A stretch of 64,000 nt of DNA, from assembly GCA_012295275.1 (NCBI GenBank), contig CM022667.1, forward strand, positions 11,966,001-12,030,000. The letters are read 5' to 3'. Each line of letters begins with the position of its first letter. The first letter of the stretch is position 1. This stretch comes from Chrysomallon squamiferum (lineage: Eukaryota; Animalia; Mollusca). The position numbers and the translations under genes are program-made. Of the stretch, positions 1-31,530 are shown piece after piece. The notes beneath the pieces are model-generated. The model was not told where the DNA came from. It searched no databases and worked only from the letters and a program-made list of their open reading frames with translations.

Positions 1-370
1 TTTCGACGCGGAAAAGGGTAAATAAGCTTACAAAAGCTGTAGAATAAACTCGAAATTACGCGACACTGATTTTTTTTTTTTTTTTTTTTTGCTCTCCTCT
101 GCCATCAGTTATTTCCAGATGAATGACATTCACAGCCATACATTTTGTATCATTTTGTTCGTCTTAGATTACACCATCGGAAAAGACTACGCGTTTCATA
201 CAAGCTGCTGTAGTCACTTTGAAGGAATGAAAAGAATACTGCCGACTTCAACGTCACGGTTGTTTGGCTTACAATCACTGTAAAATTAGAGGTTCACGGT
301 GCAGGTAATATAATAGTGAATTAGACGTTTGGAGCTTTGTCCGTCTCTATTTTCTGTATTTATGTTTCTC

Positions 371-405
<35 letters not shown>

Positions 406-2267
406 GTTGTTGTTGTTGTTGCTGTTGTTGTTATTGTTGTTACTGTTACTGTTATTATAATCATCATCGTCATCATAATTATTCTAAGAAAAAATGTAAT
501 ACCACTGTTAAAGACGCCAAACCCTTTGATTAACCGATAAAAACAAAACAATAATAAGAATGTAACTGAACAGCACTTGTAACTGTAACCTATGCAATTA
601 ACGTCGCAAATCAATGGCTTTAGTGATTTTTTTTTTGAACGAAACTCTTGTGTGAGCGCTGTGACTGCAGTGAGTTACGGTCGATATTACGATTTCTGTA
701 GACAAAAGCGTTTAATTTACGATTACGTTAGATGCCGTTGGTTCTAATCAGCTGTGGTTTGTAATTGCAGTTTTCAGTGATCGTAAGTAAAGTGTACATG
801 CTGAAGTCGCCTAATGGAACGAGCTATCGATTACAGTGGGAAATTACCTGTTCATTATTGTTACTTACGACCCTAGGAGCTGATTTTCAAAAGAAACCTA
901 GAAATCTGATTTCGTTGCACCCCGAGTATTCAGAATAATCGTTACTGCATGATCCATGCATGATTTAAATTCTTCTGTGAGTGATATCATTAGTTCAAAA
1001 GTTTAATACCAAATCTGAGATTGCCGTGATTATTTGTTAAAAAAAAAAAAAAAATAAAAATATATTCTTGATCTGTCGAGGTTGAACAAGTCCACTGAAG
1101 AAGAAAATAAGAGTTATCCAGACCTCTTTGCTGTTTGCAATGCTCACCCATAACAGCTGAAACTTCAGGACCCTCAAAACGAAGGTCTACCACTGCATTT
1201 TATATGGAGATACAGAACTTACGAATTATTTTCTTTTACATATTTCTGCATACGTAGCTGTAAGCAATGGAATTTGTCATGTTTGCATGTTTTCATACAC
1301 AGCCTGAGTCCTACGACTGACTTATTCAAAGTCGTTGTGAACATCTTCCTGTATATGGGAAGGCGCGTATAAAAAAAGAAACTTTTTTTCTAATCGATAA
1401 GAATAACTCAGCAGGTTTCGTCTTTGACTGTAATAATAAAATGATACACTGTCACTAGCAACTGATAACTTCAAAACGTGTTGTCGAACTGGAAACCCGT
1501 GTGCTCGTTCTTTCATCCTTTTGTTCAGTCGTTTAATTTTTTTTTTCGTTAACTGATTCATTCTTTCGTTCATTCATTCATTCATTCGTTCGGTCATTTA
1601 TTCTGTTCTTTCATCCATTTCGTTCGTTCATAAGTTCGTACGTTCATCCACTCAGTGTGTTCGTTCACTCCTAGGTTCACTGATTACAACTGAAACACCG
1701 ATCAACCTGCACGGCCTGTATTTGTCGACTCCTGTGTTCTGCTCTGACGTTTATTTTTTTCAACAGTCCTTTAAAACCCACTTGAGATTTGTCAACTTAA
1801 ATATTTCATAGATGCCACGCCTACAGAATGTGTATCGCTTTCATGATTCAAGGTAATAAATTAATAATTTCTGAATCTGAGACACACAAAACAGCCGTTA
1901 ATAAATGTATGTAGAGCTTTTCTTTTGAAGTCTCTACGGAACGTGTGGGTGGTGCCCGGGACCAAGTCCTTGATTGTGTAGCCCCAAAGACTCAAGTGTA
2001 AGGCCTGTTATAAATATTATGAGAAAGGAATGTATTTTGAATATGTAAACACAGGTGAAACCTAAAATAAACACTTTATTCGATTTAAACATAAATCAAC
2101 CAAATTGATTAAGTTCTTTTCTCTGACTGGATGCCTCACCCCCAACCATTTGGATGCCCGGGGACACCGCCCCTTCGCCCCTCCCAGCTGGACGCCACAG
2201 GTGTGGGTATATTATTTTTTTTTTTTGCGTTTATTTATTTAATTTATTTACTTACTTACTTACACAG

Positions 2268-2298
<31 letters not shown>

Positions 2299-2885
2299 TT
2301 ATTTTATTTTATTTATTTACTTATTTGTTTGATTCTATTTTATTTATTACTATTTTAATTTTTTTTTTTTTGCCTGATTAACTAAATATTTCAAAAAAGA
2401 AGAAAGAAAAGAGAAGAAAAGAGAAGAAAACAACTACCACAAAACAAAACAAAAAACAAAAACAGCAACAACAAAAAAACAACAACACGAAACTAACGAC
2501 AATAATAGATTTTTTTAGTAACCTCACTCTGTTGTTTTGTACCAGAATAACATTAGTATCAGTCTACCTTAGATGTTCAACCAACCTTTTATTTTATAAT
2601 GTTTACTAAAAAACTTGACATTCGGAAATCTTTGTCATGCCCCTGATATTTAAGTAAATATTTGTGGATATTAGAGGCATGGTGAAAACGAGTTAAAAAA
2701 AAAAAAAAAAAAAAATTTCATGTTAATGACAACATATAGACAAATATTTATCTAGCTCTTAAGAATAGAATTATGAATAAAAAATAAAAAAAAAGATAAC
2801 CATGAAACGTTTATTTTTATTTACTTCTAAAATATTTACATCAAACTGAAAACACACGTCACAAAATACCTGACATATTGTCATC

Positions 2886-2922
<37 letters not shown>

Positions 2923-3012
2923 TTAATTGACTAACAATATCAAAATAATCTTGGCTAGCTTTATCATGAAAACTAAATAAATTTAAATTTCTTATTTATT
3001 TCATATGACTAA

Positions 3013-3069
<57 letters not shown>

Positions 3070-3183
3070 TCGCAAATATTTACTCAGTTCTTACTTTTAG
3101 CTTATCATTTCACGGACAAGAACTCTAAAATGGCCTTAATTTAGCCTCCGTTTCTCTGTCTGTCTGTGTGAGTGTAAACACTA

Positions 3184-3267
<84 letters not shown>

Positions 3268-3599
3268 TAATAATAGTAAATAATACATAATAATAACAAA
3301 TAATAATTAATAATAATAATAACAACACTAAATAATAATAATAATACTAATAATAATTATAATAAAAACAACAAATAAATAAACAAACAAATAAATGCTA
3401 CTCTTTCATGTATAGATTCTTGCTTTATATTTGACGTGAATTTTTCTTGCTTTTGCAACACACGTAACGTACACTGTTACAGCTTGCGGTATCTATAACC
3501 AATTTTATAAACGTAAATCAATACACACGAGTTTACGGTTAGAGTATTCGTTTCAAAACTTATTTTTTTGTGTTTTGTTTTGTAATAACTATTGTTTGA

Positions 3600-3666
<67 letters not shown>

Positions 3667-4228
3667 GTAATAATAATAATAATAACTAAAATAATAAAAA
3701 GATATCTACAGAATATTAAAATATTTAATACTCACTGGTTGTAATGGAATTTCACGTCTGTCCTATCTCCTCAGTGGTGTAAACTAAATGATCAACTAGG
3801 TAACATATGTTTAAATTATTGTTATCGTTTTAAACGTTCGCTTCTCATGTTTCATCGATTAATATATTCTGACATTAAAAAAAAAAAACCCCCAAAAACT
3901 TAACAACAACAACAAAATAATAATAATTAAGAAAATAAAAATAAAAGTAATAATAATAAAAAAAATCTACTAATAATAATAATTAAATATATAATTATAA
4001 TCATCAGAAGAACAAAAAGAATAACAACGACATGATGATACATATTTATTATTATTATTATTATATAAATTATAATTAAATTAAATTTTCGAAATAAAAT
4101 AATGAAATAAATATGGAATAAAAATTATTTAAACGAATTGATTAAAGATCAAAACGAGTCCAAAAAAAACGAAAAAATAAATAAATAAAAAATAAAAACA
4201 AACATAAACAAGAAAAGTAATTAATAAT

Positions 4229-4268
<40 letters not shown>

Positions 4269-5032
4269 TCACAAAACGAAAAACAGTTGAAACATTTCAA
4301 TATCACAAACAGAAATTTCATTTATAAATGATTGTTTTTTTTTTTTCATTTTAATCATTTTGATTATGCAAAATTGGCAGTTTACTGATAGAAATCTAGA
4401 TGATAAGAAGGATGATTATCATCCTTAAAAACACCTAAGCAATAACATGTGTTGATTAAAAAACAACAGAGAGGAAACCACAACCTATCTGTATCAAAAT
4501 ATTAAATTAATAAAAGTAAAATCAATAAAAAACGTAAAAAATAAATAAATTATTAAACTGCATTATAAAACAGAAAAAAGAATGACCGGCAGATCTGTTT
4601 TTTGAGATATGTGATATTTACAAAAATTCAATGTAAATAATTTGTTACTCTACAAAACTCGAATAGGCAATTACAGAATTTGACAATGTCGTATGTGATT
4701 TCAAAAATGTAGTTTTTCTATTGTGTGATGCAAAACAATTTCATAATTTTATTTTTATTCTCTTCATTTATAATTTGTTTATTTAGTGAAATGAAAGAGA
4801 AACAAACAGTTGTAAAAGAAAAAAAAAATCAAAATGTCAAATATATGTATATATATAAAACAGGTGTAAGTGGTTTTAAAAAAAACAATGGCAATATTTA
4901 TATTTTGTTCATTTTTTTTTTTTTTTATCTTCTTTTCTTTTCAATTAAATTTAATAAGTAACATCTAAATACCGAGATATGCACAAATAAAATGTTTCTT
5001 TTTTTATATATATATATTTTTTTATTATTTAC

Positions 5033-5078
<46 letters not shown>

Positions 5079-6358
5079 CATTTGTTAAATAGTAAGAATG
5101 ACCACAGTGTTAAAGATATTTCTAGGTTTTTAAAATTTATTTATTAACTCTTTCTACATCAGAAGTAAAAATAAAGAGTGTTTTGTACATTTAAGACATT
5201 TAAACATTATTTTTAAAACTGAAAAAAAATTTAACATGAATTATAACTGGTATATTAGCACAGTATGTAAGTTTTTTAATTTTAAAATACATCACTACAG
5301 TTTTTATTATTTTTTTATTTTAAGGTACAGAAAGTCAACAAAAATAAATATGAAACTTCAAAAAGGAAGTTTAAAATATGTAAATTTGTGCAGCATAATC
5401 ACTACTGTATCATAAAAATCGAACCGAAAGTATGAATACTTCAAAATTAATGTTTTATTTGTATTATATACAAATCTTTGCTAATCATAAGGTTTTACAA
5501 TATATAACATGTTCAGTTTAATTCACTAACACCATAATTTTTTCATTTCTTATGCTGCAATGTTATATATATATATTTATATATCTATATGGTTTCTGAG
5601 ATCTGTATTGAGACCTCTACAAAAAAAAAAAAGTCATATCGAGTATGCGATTACAAAGTAGCATCTACTCAGTCTGTTAGGGATTTGCTCTTTTAACTTT
5701 CACATTTATATACAAAAAAAATGATGTAATAAGAGATAGCTTCTGTGAATCATTGTGGATATGTTATTTTCATACTTTATCATTATCAAAGAATCATTTC
5801 TACAACCAAACAAAACAACCAATCAATTGTGTCTAAAATATATTACATCGTTGAAAAAAAAAAAAAAAAAAAATAAAAAAATAAATAAAAAAATAAATAG
5901 GTAAAAAAAAAAAAAAAAAAAAAAAAACATGGAAAAAAAGGAGAAAGACAAATGAATATTCTGACAAAATGTTACTGATATGTGAAGGTGCTATAAAATA
6001 CATGAAGATAAATATAAATATTTCTGTAAACATCACAACTGTTCTCAAATCAAATGTAAATGAATAGCAAAAGACTGCAGTAAAGTAAAAAAAAAATATA
6101 TATATATATATAAAAAATTAATTGTAAGTTGCAATAAAAATGTTTTCATGTAAAAAATATTTGAAATAAAATAATAATCAAATCAAATCAAAATTAAACA
6201 AATTTTAACTTTTTTGTTCATATCACTAGCAAAGAAAAAGAAACAAAATGCTATTAGAAATTACAAGGGTAAATATATGTTTGTATTTGTGTGCATGTAT
6301 GCATGTGTTGGATGTGTGCGCATTTGTGAATGCACTCAGACACAAACATGCACAAATG

Positions 6359-6442
<84 letters not shown>

Positions 6443-7023
6443 TGACAAGTTATGATAAAAAAAACTAATGTCTCAAGTTTATACAACTATACATACAATA
6501 AGCTTAAAAATGATGCTGATATGATTCTGATATATTCAATAATTATCGAGATATGGCTTTGTTTTTAAATGACCAGGTCACCAAGACAATGAGACAGAAG
6601 AATGACATCAGTTACCATAGCATTAATGACACATTATGTAACAAAATGTGATTGGTTTTGCTGTGGTATTAAATAAATTAATAAAATTTTAAGTAGTTTA
6701 CTGTATAAGTATTCTGGCACAGACTAGATAGAAAAATATGATGTTGTGGCAACCAAATGGTAAATAAAAAAAAAAAAAAAAAATGATGAGTTCATTTTTG
6801 ATGAAAAAAATATTGAAGTAATGTTAAAGATCAAAGTGGATTTAGTTTTTGTTTTAGAAATAGAAAGGAACCCAGTTAAACTTTAATAAAAAACAAATTT
6901 TTTAAAATATACCTCAGACTTATATTTACTAATATATTTTTGTCTTGTGTATATAAAAATAATATTTATTCTTCTCTAATATTACAACTAAACATTTTTT
7001 TTATCAATAAATTATTTTAAAAT

Positions 7024-7080
<57 letters not shown>

Positions 7081-8367
7081 GTATCTTTCATTAGTCTGTA
7101 AAAAAAACAACAACCCAAAACTACACAATTTTTGCACTTCCATCTAAATATTACCATAACACAATAAAGTAATAAAAATAAATAAATAAATAAATAAATA
7201 AAATATAATACTAATAATACTAATAAACAAAATAATCTTTCATGTTTTTTAAAATAAAATAAATTTATATTACTTTCCTCTGTTCCAAATGTAGTAAAAA
7301 AAAAAAAAAAAAAAAAAAAAACAAGTTGCAAAACAAAAAAATCTAAATTAAAATGGAAACAATATAAAAATTAAAATGTTCAAATTACAATCTTAAATGC
7401 AGACATTACCTTCACTTTTCATTAACTTACATTCTTCTTCTTAATAACAAAAGTAAAATTATACTTACTTTAAAACAACACAAGAGAATCACTTTACATT
7501 ACATCTAGACTCAGTGTAATGATTGAAAACCAGAGTAAATGATATGATATACTTGTAATAATAAACAAACGATCTGTTAAGATTTAACCGTATTAACAAT
7601 TAGACACACGTTCCATAATAACTAAACTGAAAAAAAAATAAAGATAAAAAACAAAGTATAAAAATTACTTTCCAGATCGAAAACAAAAAATCGGATTGGT
7701 CCACATTATCACTGAAGTCGATAAGGTAAAATCAGAACATTTTAAAATTTTACATCATATACTGTTGTCTTCTAAATAAACATTCTAGAACATTAGACAA
7801 ATGCTCTATACAGTCTGCTATCATTAAAACACAATACTTAGGTCATGTAATGCTGCTTCGAGGAATATATTTATGTTTATCAGAACATATATTAATCTCA
7901 CATACCTTGATAATCTGACAAATATATTTTCATTTCTAATAATTTTTAAGAATCTAAAATAATAAAAAATGTTAACACTATCAATGTTATAAATGCATGT
8001 ATGTATATACTTCAGCTTTGGACACTGAAAAATGAACAAATAAACCTACTCCAGCACAGCAACTATGTCATAACATATATATACTCATGTACATCACATA
8101 GTTATAATAATAGTAACAAATGAACACTATAAATTTGGTTCCTGAACCATGAAAGAAATGCACAGATCAATTAACATCGTTATAATTTAATTTCTTTTAT
8201 AAATCTGACACCAGATGTTGTAACAAATGGGAAAAAAAAAAAAAAAAAAATTCCGAGAAGATGAATTTGAATTAAATAATCTCATTCGGAGGCTTCTCGT
8301 CCATTTTTTTCACAAGCATGGATGCTTTTACTCTCTGAGAAAAGGTCGTTGCCACAGCAACAAGAGG

Positions 8368-15052
<6,685 letters not shown>

Positions 15053-16248
15053 TTTTTTTTTTTCCCCACAATTTTAAATCAATTTACAAGAACAAGACAA
15101 TACAGTGTGGTGTTTTAGTAACACTTCAGCACCTTTTAATGTTGTTGTGGTAGCTGTAGTAGTAGAATTAGTTGTTGTATTATCAGAAAGGAGTAAGTTC
15201 AGCACTGGTTCTGATTAAGGATAATATTACTTTCTTTTTCTCATTTTTATTTTCTTACAAAATTCTAATCCAGTATATGCCATGTATCAAATATTGCTCA
15301 AATATATATCTGACCATAATAATTATATTTTGTTTTGACTGCAAAATCAGATGACATATTTTTATGTAAGAATATATATCAAGATAACTAGACTGCTGTG
15401 CGGAACATGACATCACTAAACATATTTATTTTAGATGTTCCTTTCTTTCATTGTTGTAAAAGCCGTAAATCTTTTTCTTTGTAATATTCCATGGTACACT
15501 TCACATTGTTTTTGTTCTGAAAATAAAATCACAATAGTTGACATTATTAATCAGTGAATGAATTTTAAATTTCATCAAACAAGATCTTGGATAAATGAAT
15601 GGCTAAATGGATATAGAAAGGGTTAAAAGAAAGCTAGGAACATTTTTTTTTCTTTTTCTGTGGACTTGTATTGAGGGGCAAATGTAAAATATTAATGATT
15701 AATAAATAAAGAACATTCACTAAAATTTCTAATGCTCTAAAAGAACAAAATCAATCATAAAATCTTAAAATACTACAGAAATATATAAAAAATATATAAT
15801 CAAATGATTCATTTTGAAATTACACCAGTCCTTTACAACTAATATTTTATTTTTCTGAGAGAGTAATTAATAAAAGTTCAGTTCCTAAATTTTTACATAC
15901 TCTTGTCTGTGCTGACAACACAACACAATAAATGTACTCCATGAGGTAATCAACAATGAGGTCAAAACATATTTCATGGTTAAAAATAACTGGAAGTTAA
16001 CTGATATAAAATTACAGACCAACACACTTGGGAAATAGGTTTATAATATATTATAATGATTTTAAACACGCACATATTTACATACAGTTAAAAAGGTGCA
16101 TTAGTAGGCCTATATATCATTATAATTATCATTATATTATTATAATTTATATCTGAAATTTCTTTTATCTGCTTATAATTTTGAAGAATCTGACTTGCTG
16201 ATGATCTACCCCACAAATTAAGATATTATTTACATTATACATCATAGA

Positions 16249-16311
<63 letters not shown>

Positions 16312-16619
16312 TTAATTCATATATATCTTAAGTAAATAATTTATTAAAATAACACAAATAACATATCAATAATAAACATACTAAAACCAAGACATATATC
16401 ATATAACAAGTTGTTAAAAATAGGTGAACATTTTAATCACTCATTCACCGCAACACGTAAGGTGCTTCGATTCGTCCGAATAATTATCAAGAACTCTCTT
16501 TAATGAGAGAGCTGTTGATTGATGAAAATAATAACAATATAACTATAACAGATATTATGAAATTATGGTTTTAATGTTAATAAAACAAACGCCAACTCGG
16601 CGATTTAAAAACTCCATAT

Positions 16620-16720
16620 CCTTACCATTTAAAAAAATAAAATAGGGTAAATTCTTCGAAAAAAAATTGATTGTCAAAACAAATATGGCGACCTCTCTCG
16701 CGAGACTTTGCGAGAAAACC
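16620..16720 (-). promoter_or_regulatory. Probable promoter / non-coding first exon of the CCDC102A-like gene
   Basis: Palindrome TCTCGCGAGA at 16696-16705 (housekeeping-promoter motif bound by BANP/ZBTB33 in vertebrates), YY1-like AATATGGCG at 16682-16690, and a strong minus-strand donor ATG|GTAAGG at ~16625. A candidate minus-strand acceptor lies at 15517-15518. Confidence 0.55.
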
Positions 16721-16757
16721 TAGAAACTGAAAGTAGAACGAAGACTGACAATAATTC

Positions 16758-16818
<61 letters not shown>

Positions 16819-17351
16819 CGAGTTTGTGATATATATTTGTTTTCTTACAAAAAGTCATATAAATAGTTTACGCTCCCTTGTCTTGTCCTATCAACTAATT
16901 TTGTCGTTCTCAGAATCGATCTCTGTCGATAAATAGCATCCGCTATCGAAAGATTTTTCTCGTTCGTTTGCTGGAATTCATGCCGTTAGTTTATTGTTTT
17001 GCAAATTTTTTATTTTGTTACAATTAACTGTTTTCATTTCACTTTCAGAAAGGAGGCAAAATAAATCCTTTCCATTTGCCTGGTTTCAGTATATAAATTA
17101 TCTTTTATTTACGTACAACGACAACAACAACAACAACAACGACTACTACTACTACAACTACTACTACTGCTGCTGCTACCGCTACTACAACTATTTCAAC
17201 TGCTAATAATAATAATTTATTCTTTAAAGTTTTAAACTGTAAATTTATGATACTTTTTTTTTACATTGACCTGTTTATTTATATACATATTTTAATAAAT
17301 AAATAAATAATGATGATGGTGATGATGATAATAATAATAATGATTATTCTG

Positions 17352-17384
<33 letters not shown>

Positions 17385-18217
17385 TATGAGAAAAGGAAAA
17401 GAGAGGGAGGAGATGTTTCTTTACTTTTCTTATATTTTATTTGATATAATAATAATAATAATAATAATAATTTTAAAAAAAAAGAAGAAAAAAAGTAAGA
17501 TTTATTTCCCCTTTCTATTAATATATTCATAGCCAGCTGGCCTATGAAAATTAAATCTACGCTATTTTATTTTATCTGTTGACAGGAGTAAAAGTAATGG
17601 ACACGGCGATATTAAAGGAAATTTGCGGGGTCAGTCTGTGTAGAGTTGTATCAATGGATGATATTAACGTCTAGTGTGTAAATGCCCTTGCTCACAATGG
17701 TGATAGGAAAATAACGAGTTATTTCAGTTTTTGTGTCAGAATCATCTCAGATGTATTTCTTATAAATTTTGTCTTCGATTAAACTCAGGAATTAAACATA
17801 AAACACGCACAAACATACACAGACAGACAAACACACAGACAGACACATATATACACTCATAAACACGCTCTGGACAACCACTTTCGACAAGTCACGTGCA
17901 CCTAAAAAAAAAAAAAAAAAACAACAAAAAAAACAAATATTGCAATATATTTTATAAACTGTCGATCGCGGGTTTAACACTGTTTTCACTTTCACGGTAT
18001 CTGTCATCTCGGATTTCTGTATAATGAAAAAAAAAAAAAAAAAAACCTTTCATCACCTCCCACATTTCCTTTTATTACGGGAGTTACCTGGTACACAGAA
18101 CGGTGTTAATTAAGGTTATCTTGTCTTCATCACGACAATTTGACGGCAACACGTCACTTTTTATCTCACGGGTAACGTTTGGTTGTCGTTTAAAATTGCG
18201 AATCTCTCCCCCTTTCG

Positions 18218-18267
18218 TATAAAATGGAAAAGATAGAAGTGATAAATATGATTTGGTGTTTATCAAG
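18218..18267 (+). promoter_or_regulatory. Candidate TATA box and short 5'-UTR exon of the poly-knottin gene
   Basis: TATAAAA at 18218-18224 and donor AAG|GTAGGC at 18267/18268. The acceptor TTTCAG at 18911 lies 11 nt before the signal-peptide ATG and requires an upstream exon. Confidence 0.4.
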
Positions 18268-18922
18268 GTAGGCTGCAGAACTTTTATTATTTTCTCTTTT
18301 TTGTGTGTTTTAGTATTAATGTTTTTTTTTTGTTGATTTTTTTAAATGTTATTATAACACACATATGCATATGTTTATTTGTGTGTGGTGCTGATGTGTA
18401 TTCTTTGAACTGTAATGCTGTGTATGAATATGTAAGCATGTCGGTCAAAAATAGTCTGAGAATTTATAAAAATGACCGTAGACCTAGTATAAACTGTACA
18501 CATATAATTAATCTGTATGCGTATACGCGTTTTTTAATTTTAAAAAATCGAAAAGTTATTTCTGTCACGTTATTACAGAAAGACTGAAAAGATTGCCAAC
18601 TAAGGAAATAGTCCTAAAAGTTCATTTGCATTCGAAATATTTCAGTTTGGTGTGTACAGTTCTGAGTTATATTTAAGATAACCATATTTAAGGCCTAATG
18701 ATTTTATATTTTCACTTGAATAGTAACAGTTATGGCAGAGTAGCAGAGGTTCAATAGTAGTAGTAATACTAGTGGTGCTGTTAGTAGAGTTAATAGTAGT
18801 AGCAGTCGTTTTAATAGTTACAGTAGTGCTGGAAACAGTAGCAGTAGTAATAGTAGCTATTTTCTTTATGCATTTTGTTAAATTTTAAATCGCCAGTAAA
18901 AACCATTTCAGATCATTCGACG

Positions 18923-28258
<9,336 letters not shown>

Positions 28259-28302
28259 GTCTCCATGGAAACGGAGAAAGTGGAAAGAAACACACAAGAG
28301 TT

Positions 28303-28350
28303 ATTAAATTAAAAATTCAGTCTCTTGAAATTGATGTGTATTGTATTTGA
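28303..28350 (+). terminator. Candidate polyadenylation signal of the poly-knottin gene
   Basis: Overlapping ATTAAA hexamers at 28303-28313 followed by the GT-rich tract TTGATGTGTATTGTATTTG, 45 nt after the stop. Confidence 0.55.
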
Positions 28351-28479
28351 AAACTTTATTTTCATTTCCTACGTTTTGCAGGAAGAACAATTGTTTTACG
28401 GAGTAGGGGAAATAACTATTACAGAAGTATGCGGTACACAGAGTTGTTCCTCTTACTCTGTTAAAACGACGTAATTTTG

Positions 28480-28579
<100 letters not shown>

Positions 28580-28914
28580 GGTCTTGCTTTTCTCTCTCTA
28601 TATTGTCACTTTTCTTTGTGTCTTTCTGTCTGTTATTCTTTTCTTTTTAAAATTCTTTTTAAAATTATGGAATTACGTATTACATGTGTGTGTGTGTGTG
28701 TGTTTGTGTGTGTGCGTGTGCGTGTGTGTACATATAGAAAGAAAAAGGATAATTAGACGGATAGATAGATAGATGGAGATATAGATGGACAGAGAGATTT
28801 CGAAATGACTTATAAAGCAACAGAGAAAGAGAAAGAGAGAGACACACAGATAGAAAAAGAGGGAGAGAGAGACAGACAGTCAGACAGGGAGGAAGAGAGA
28901 GAGAGAGAGAGACC

Positions 28915-29009
<95 letters not shown>

Positions 29010-29952
29010 AATAAAAAACAAAAACAAAAACAATGTGAACCATGTATTTTGTCATCAGCTTGTCAGATCTGGCTCGTCATTATTCAAGATTAAAAATATA
29101 AGGGCAGAGACAAATGAGTAGGAAAACAATACAAAATAATTTTTTTTAAAAAGATGGTTTATAATCAATATATTTCAAACAACAGGATTACCGAAATGAT
29201 TTCCATGTTACAGACGAAAACATCGAACAAACAGATATTAAAGGAATGATAATTAATTTTATTTCGTATATATATATATATCTTTTTTCCAAAACCTATT
29301 TTCAAGGTCTTCAGTAAAAAAATATTTGAGATATTTGCTTTCAGGTAAAAAAAAAAAAAAAAAAAAATAAAAATAAATCACGAAAGCGGTTTTACACATG
29401 ACTTTAGAATCTTTATTTATTATTTATTTCCTGTACGTTCTTTCCTTCTTTCTTTCTTTCTTTCTTTCGTTTTTTTTTTTTTTTTTTTTTTTAATTTGGT
29501 TTAGTGGGGGTTACTTACTCGAGTGAAGTAGAAGTGGCATATAAAGATATATTGAACTGCGGCTGTTTAAAGCAATGCGAGTGCACTTAATCCCAAACCG
29601 AGACGAAGGTTTCGTGTATCAGCCAAACACCCGGGCTTGCTCGACAAGCTTACAGTGAGGAATAGTTTATTAGCCACGATCGAAACCCGTTTTCGTGGAG
29701 CTACGGATTAAGTACGGTTTAATTCCATATTACATTACTAGGACTTGTTGTTAGACAAATTCGGTCACTATTTAAAAAATGCTTAGTCTTTTTTTTTTTT
29801 TTTTTTTTTTAATTATTTCATTTATTTGTTCATTTTACGTTGAATATGTGAGACAAAACAACAACAACAACACAACAACACCAGTAACACCTTACCAGAA
29901 ACGTGAAAAGGCGACAAGCTGTTGCAGTTAATATGAGCCTTCGTATAATGAA

Positions 29953-30003
<51 letters not shown>

Positions 30004-30381
30004 TACATATATATATATATATGTAATATTAATAAAAAATATATGTATATAAAAACAAAAACAAAAAACAAATAAATACAAAATACAAAATACAAAATAC
30101 AAAAAATACAAAAATATAAAAAAACGAAATAAAATAATGAAACAAAAAAAAGTAAAATCCCCACCCCCACACCGACAGCCGTTTTGAATTTAATCGAAAT
30201 TTTCAAAACCCGGGTGAGAGAACACAAAAAATGTTTGAGAGGAAATACCAAACAAGACAACAGGTAATACAGATACAGAGAGAACGAGAAAAATGAATTG
30301 TCTCGCCAAAGAGACATTCGTGTAGACAGAAATACGAATTCACACAGACTTCTGATAAATAATATCATCTTATGGTAAGAG

Positions 30382-30468
<87 letters not shown>

Positions 30469-31332
30469 ATAAGATTTACCTATATATCTTTAACCACTTA
30501 TTCGTGAGAATGAAAGAGAAAAAAACAGAACAGAAAAAGAGAGGAAGCAAGAGAAGAAACAAGGTTTGAAAGAAATAAAGAAATCTAGAAAATCAAAAGG
30601 AGGCAGAGAGAAATAGAAAGAGACAGACAGACAGACAAACAGACATGGAATAATTTATAATACTAAAAAAAAAAAAAAAAAAAAAAAAAAGAAATAAATT
30701 CAGAAAACGTAAACTCCATTACTCGGCTACAGTTACACGACACAAAAGGAGGATTATGAAAGTGTATATCCAACAGTTTAATTCTCTCTCCATTAAATTT
30801 TTTTTTTTTTTTTTTTTTTTTCACCAGTACAGGATCACTAAAAAGCCAAGTCTTTTTGTTTTGTTTCTCAATCCTCTAGATTAGTAGCCGCACCACTGCA
30901 TCGGCAGTAAAACGAAAAGATTACCACGCCGAGTTTTAACAGAGCCCATGAAAAATAGTTTCTGTCAGATCCGTGTTTTAGCACTCCCAGAAGACGCGAT
31001 AAAGATCAACGGTCTTGTCAGCTGGCGAGTTTAATCAACGGACCCAAAAGTGTTAGGGCGTCTTCGCCCAAATAAAATATTCGCGTTCGGGTGTCCCGTT
31101 TTACGTGTTCGCTTTGTGAGGAGGATTGGGCACAAAGCTTTTGGCAGCGAGTATCGGTGTCCGTATTGCCAGTCATTAACTGCCTCATTTGATTTCATAA
31201 AATGGCGGCTCTAATAAAGAGCGATTCTTGACATCACGTGAGCGGTGTTAGAGAGCACTGCACTGTGTTTCATACAGCAAAAACACGTTATCTATTTATT
31301 TATTTATTTATTTCTACTGCTATTACTGCTAT

Positions 31333-31364
<32 letters not shown>

Positions 31365-31459
31365 TTTATTTATTTATTTATTATTATTATTATTATTATT
31401 TATCATTATTATATATTTAGGACTATACCTATTTATCTATCTATCTATCTATCTATCTA

Positions 31460-31530
<71 letters not shown>

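Noticed and set aside
1930-2200. GC-rich ends resembling a non-autonomous DNA transposon (GCCCGGG...GCCCC...ACGCCAC)
   Set aside because: No clear matching terminal inverted repeat or target-site duplication could be identified.
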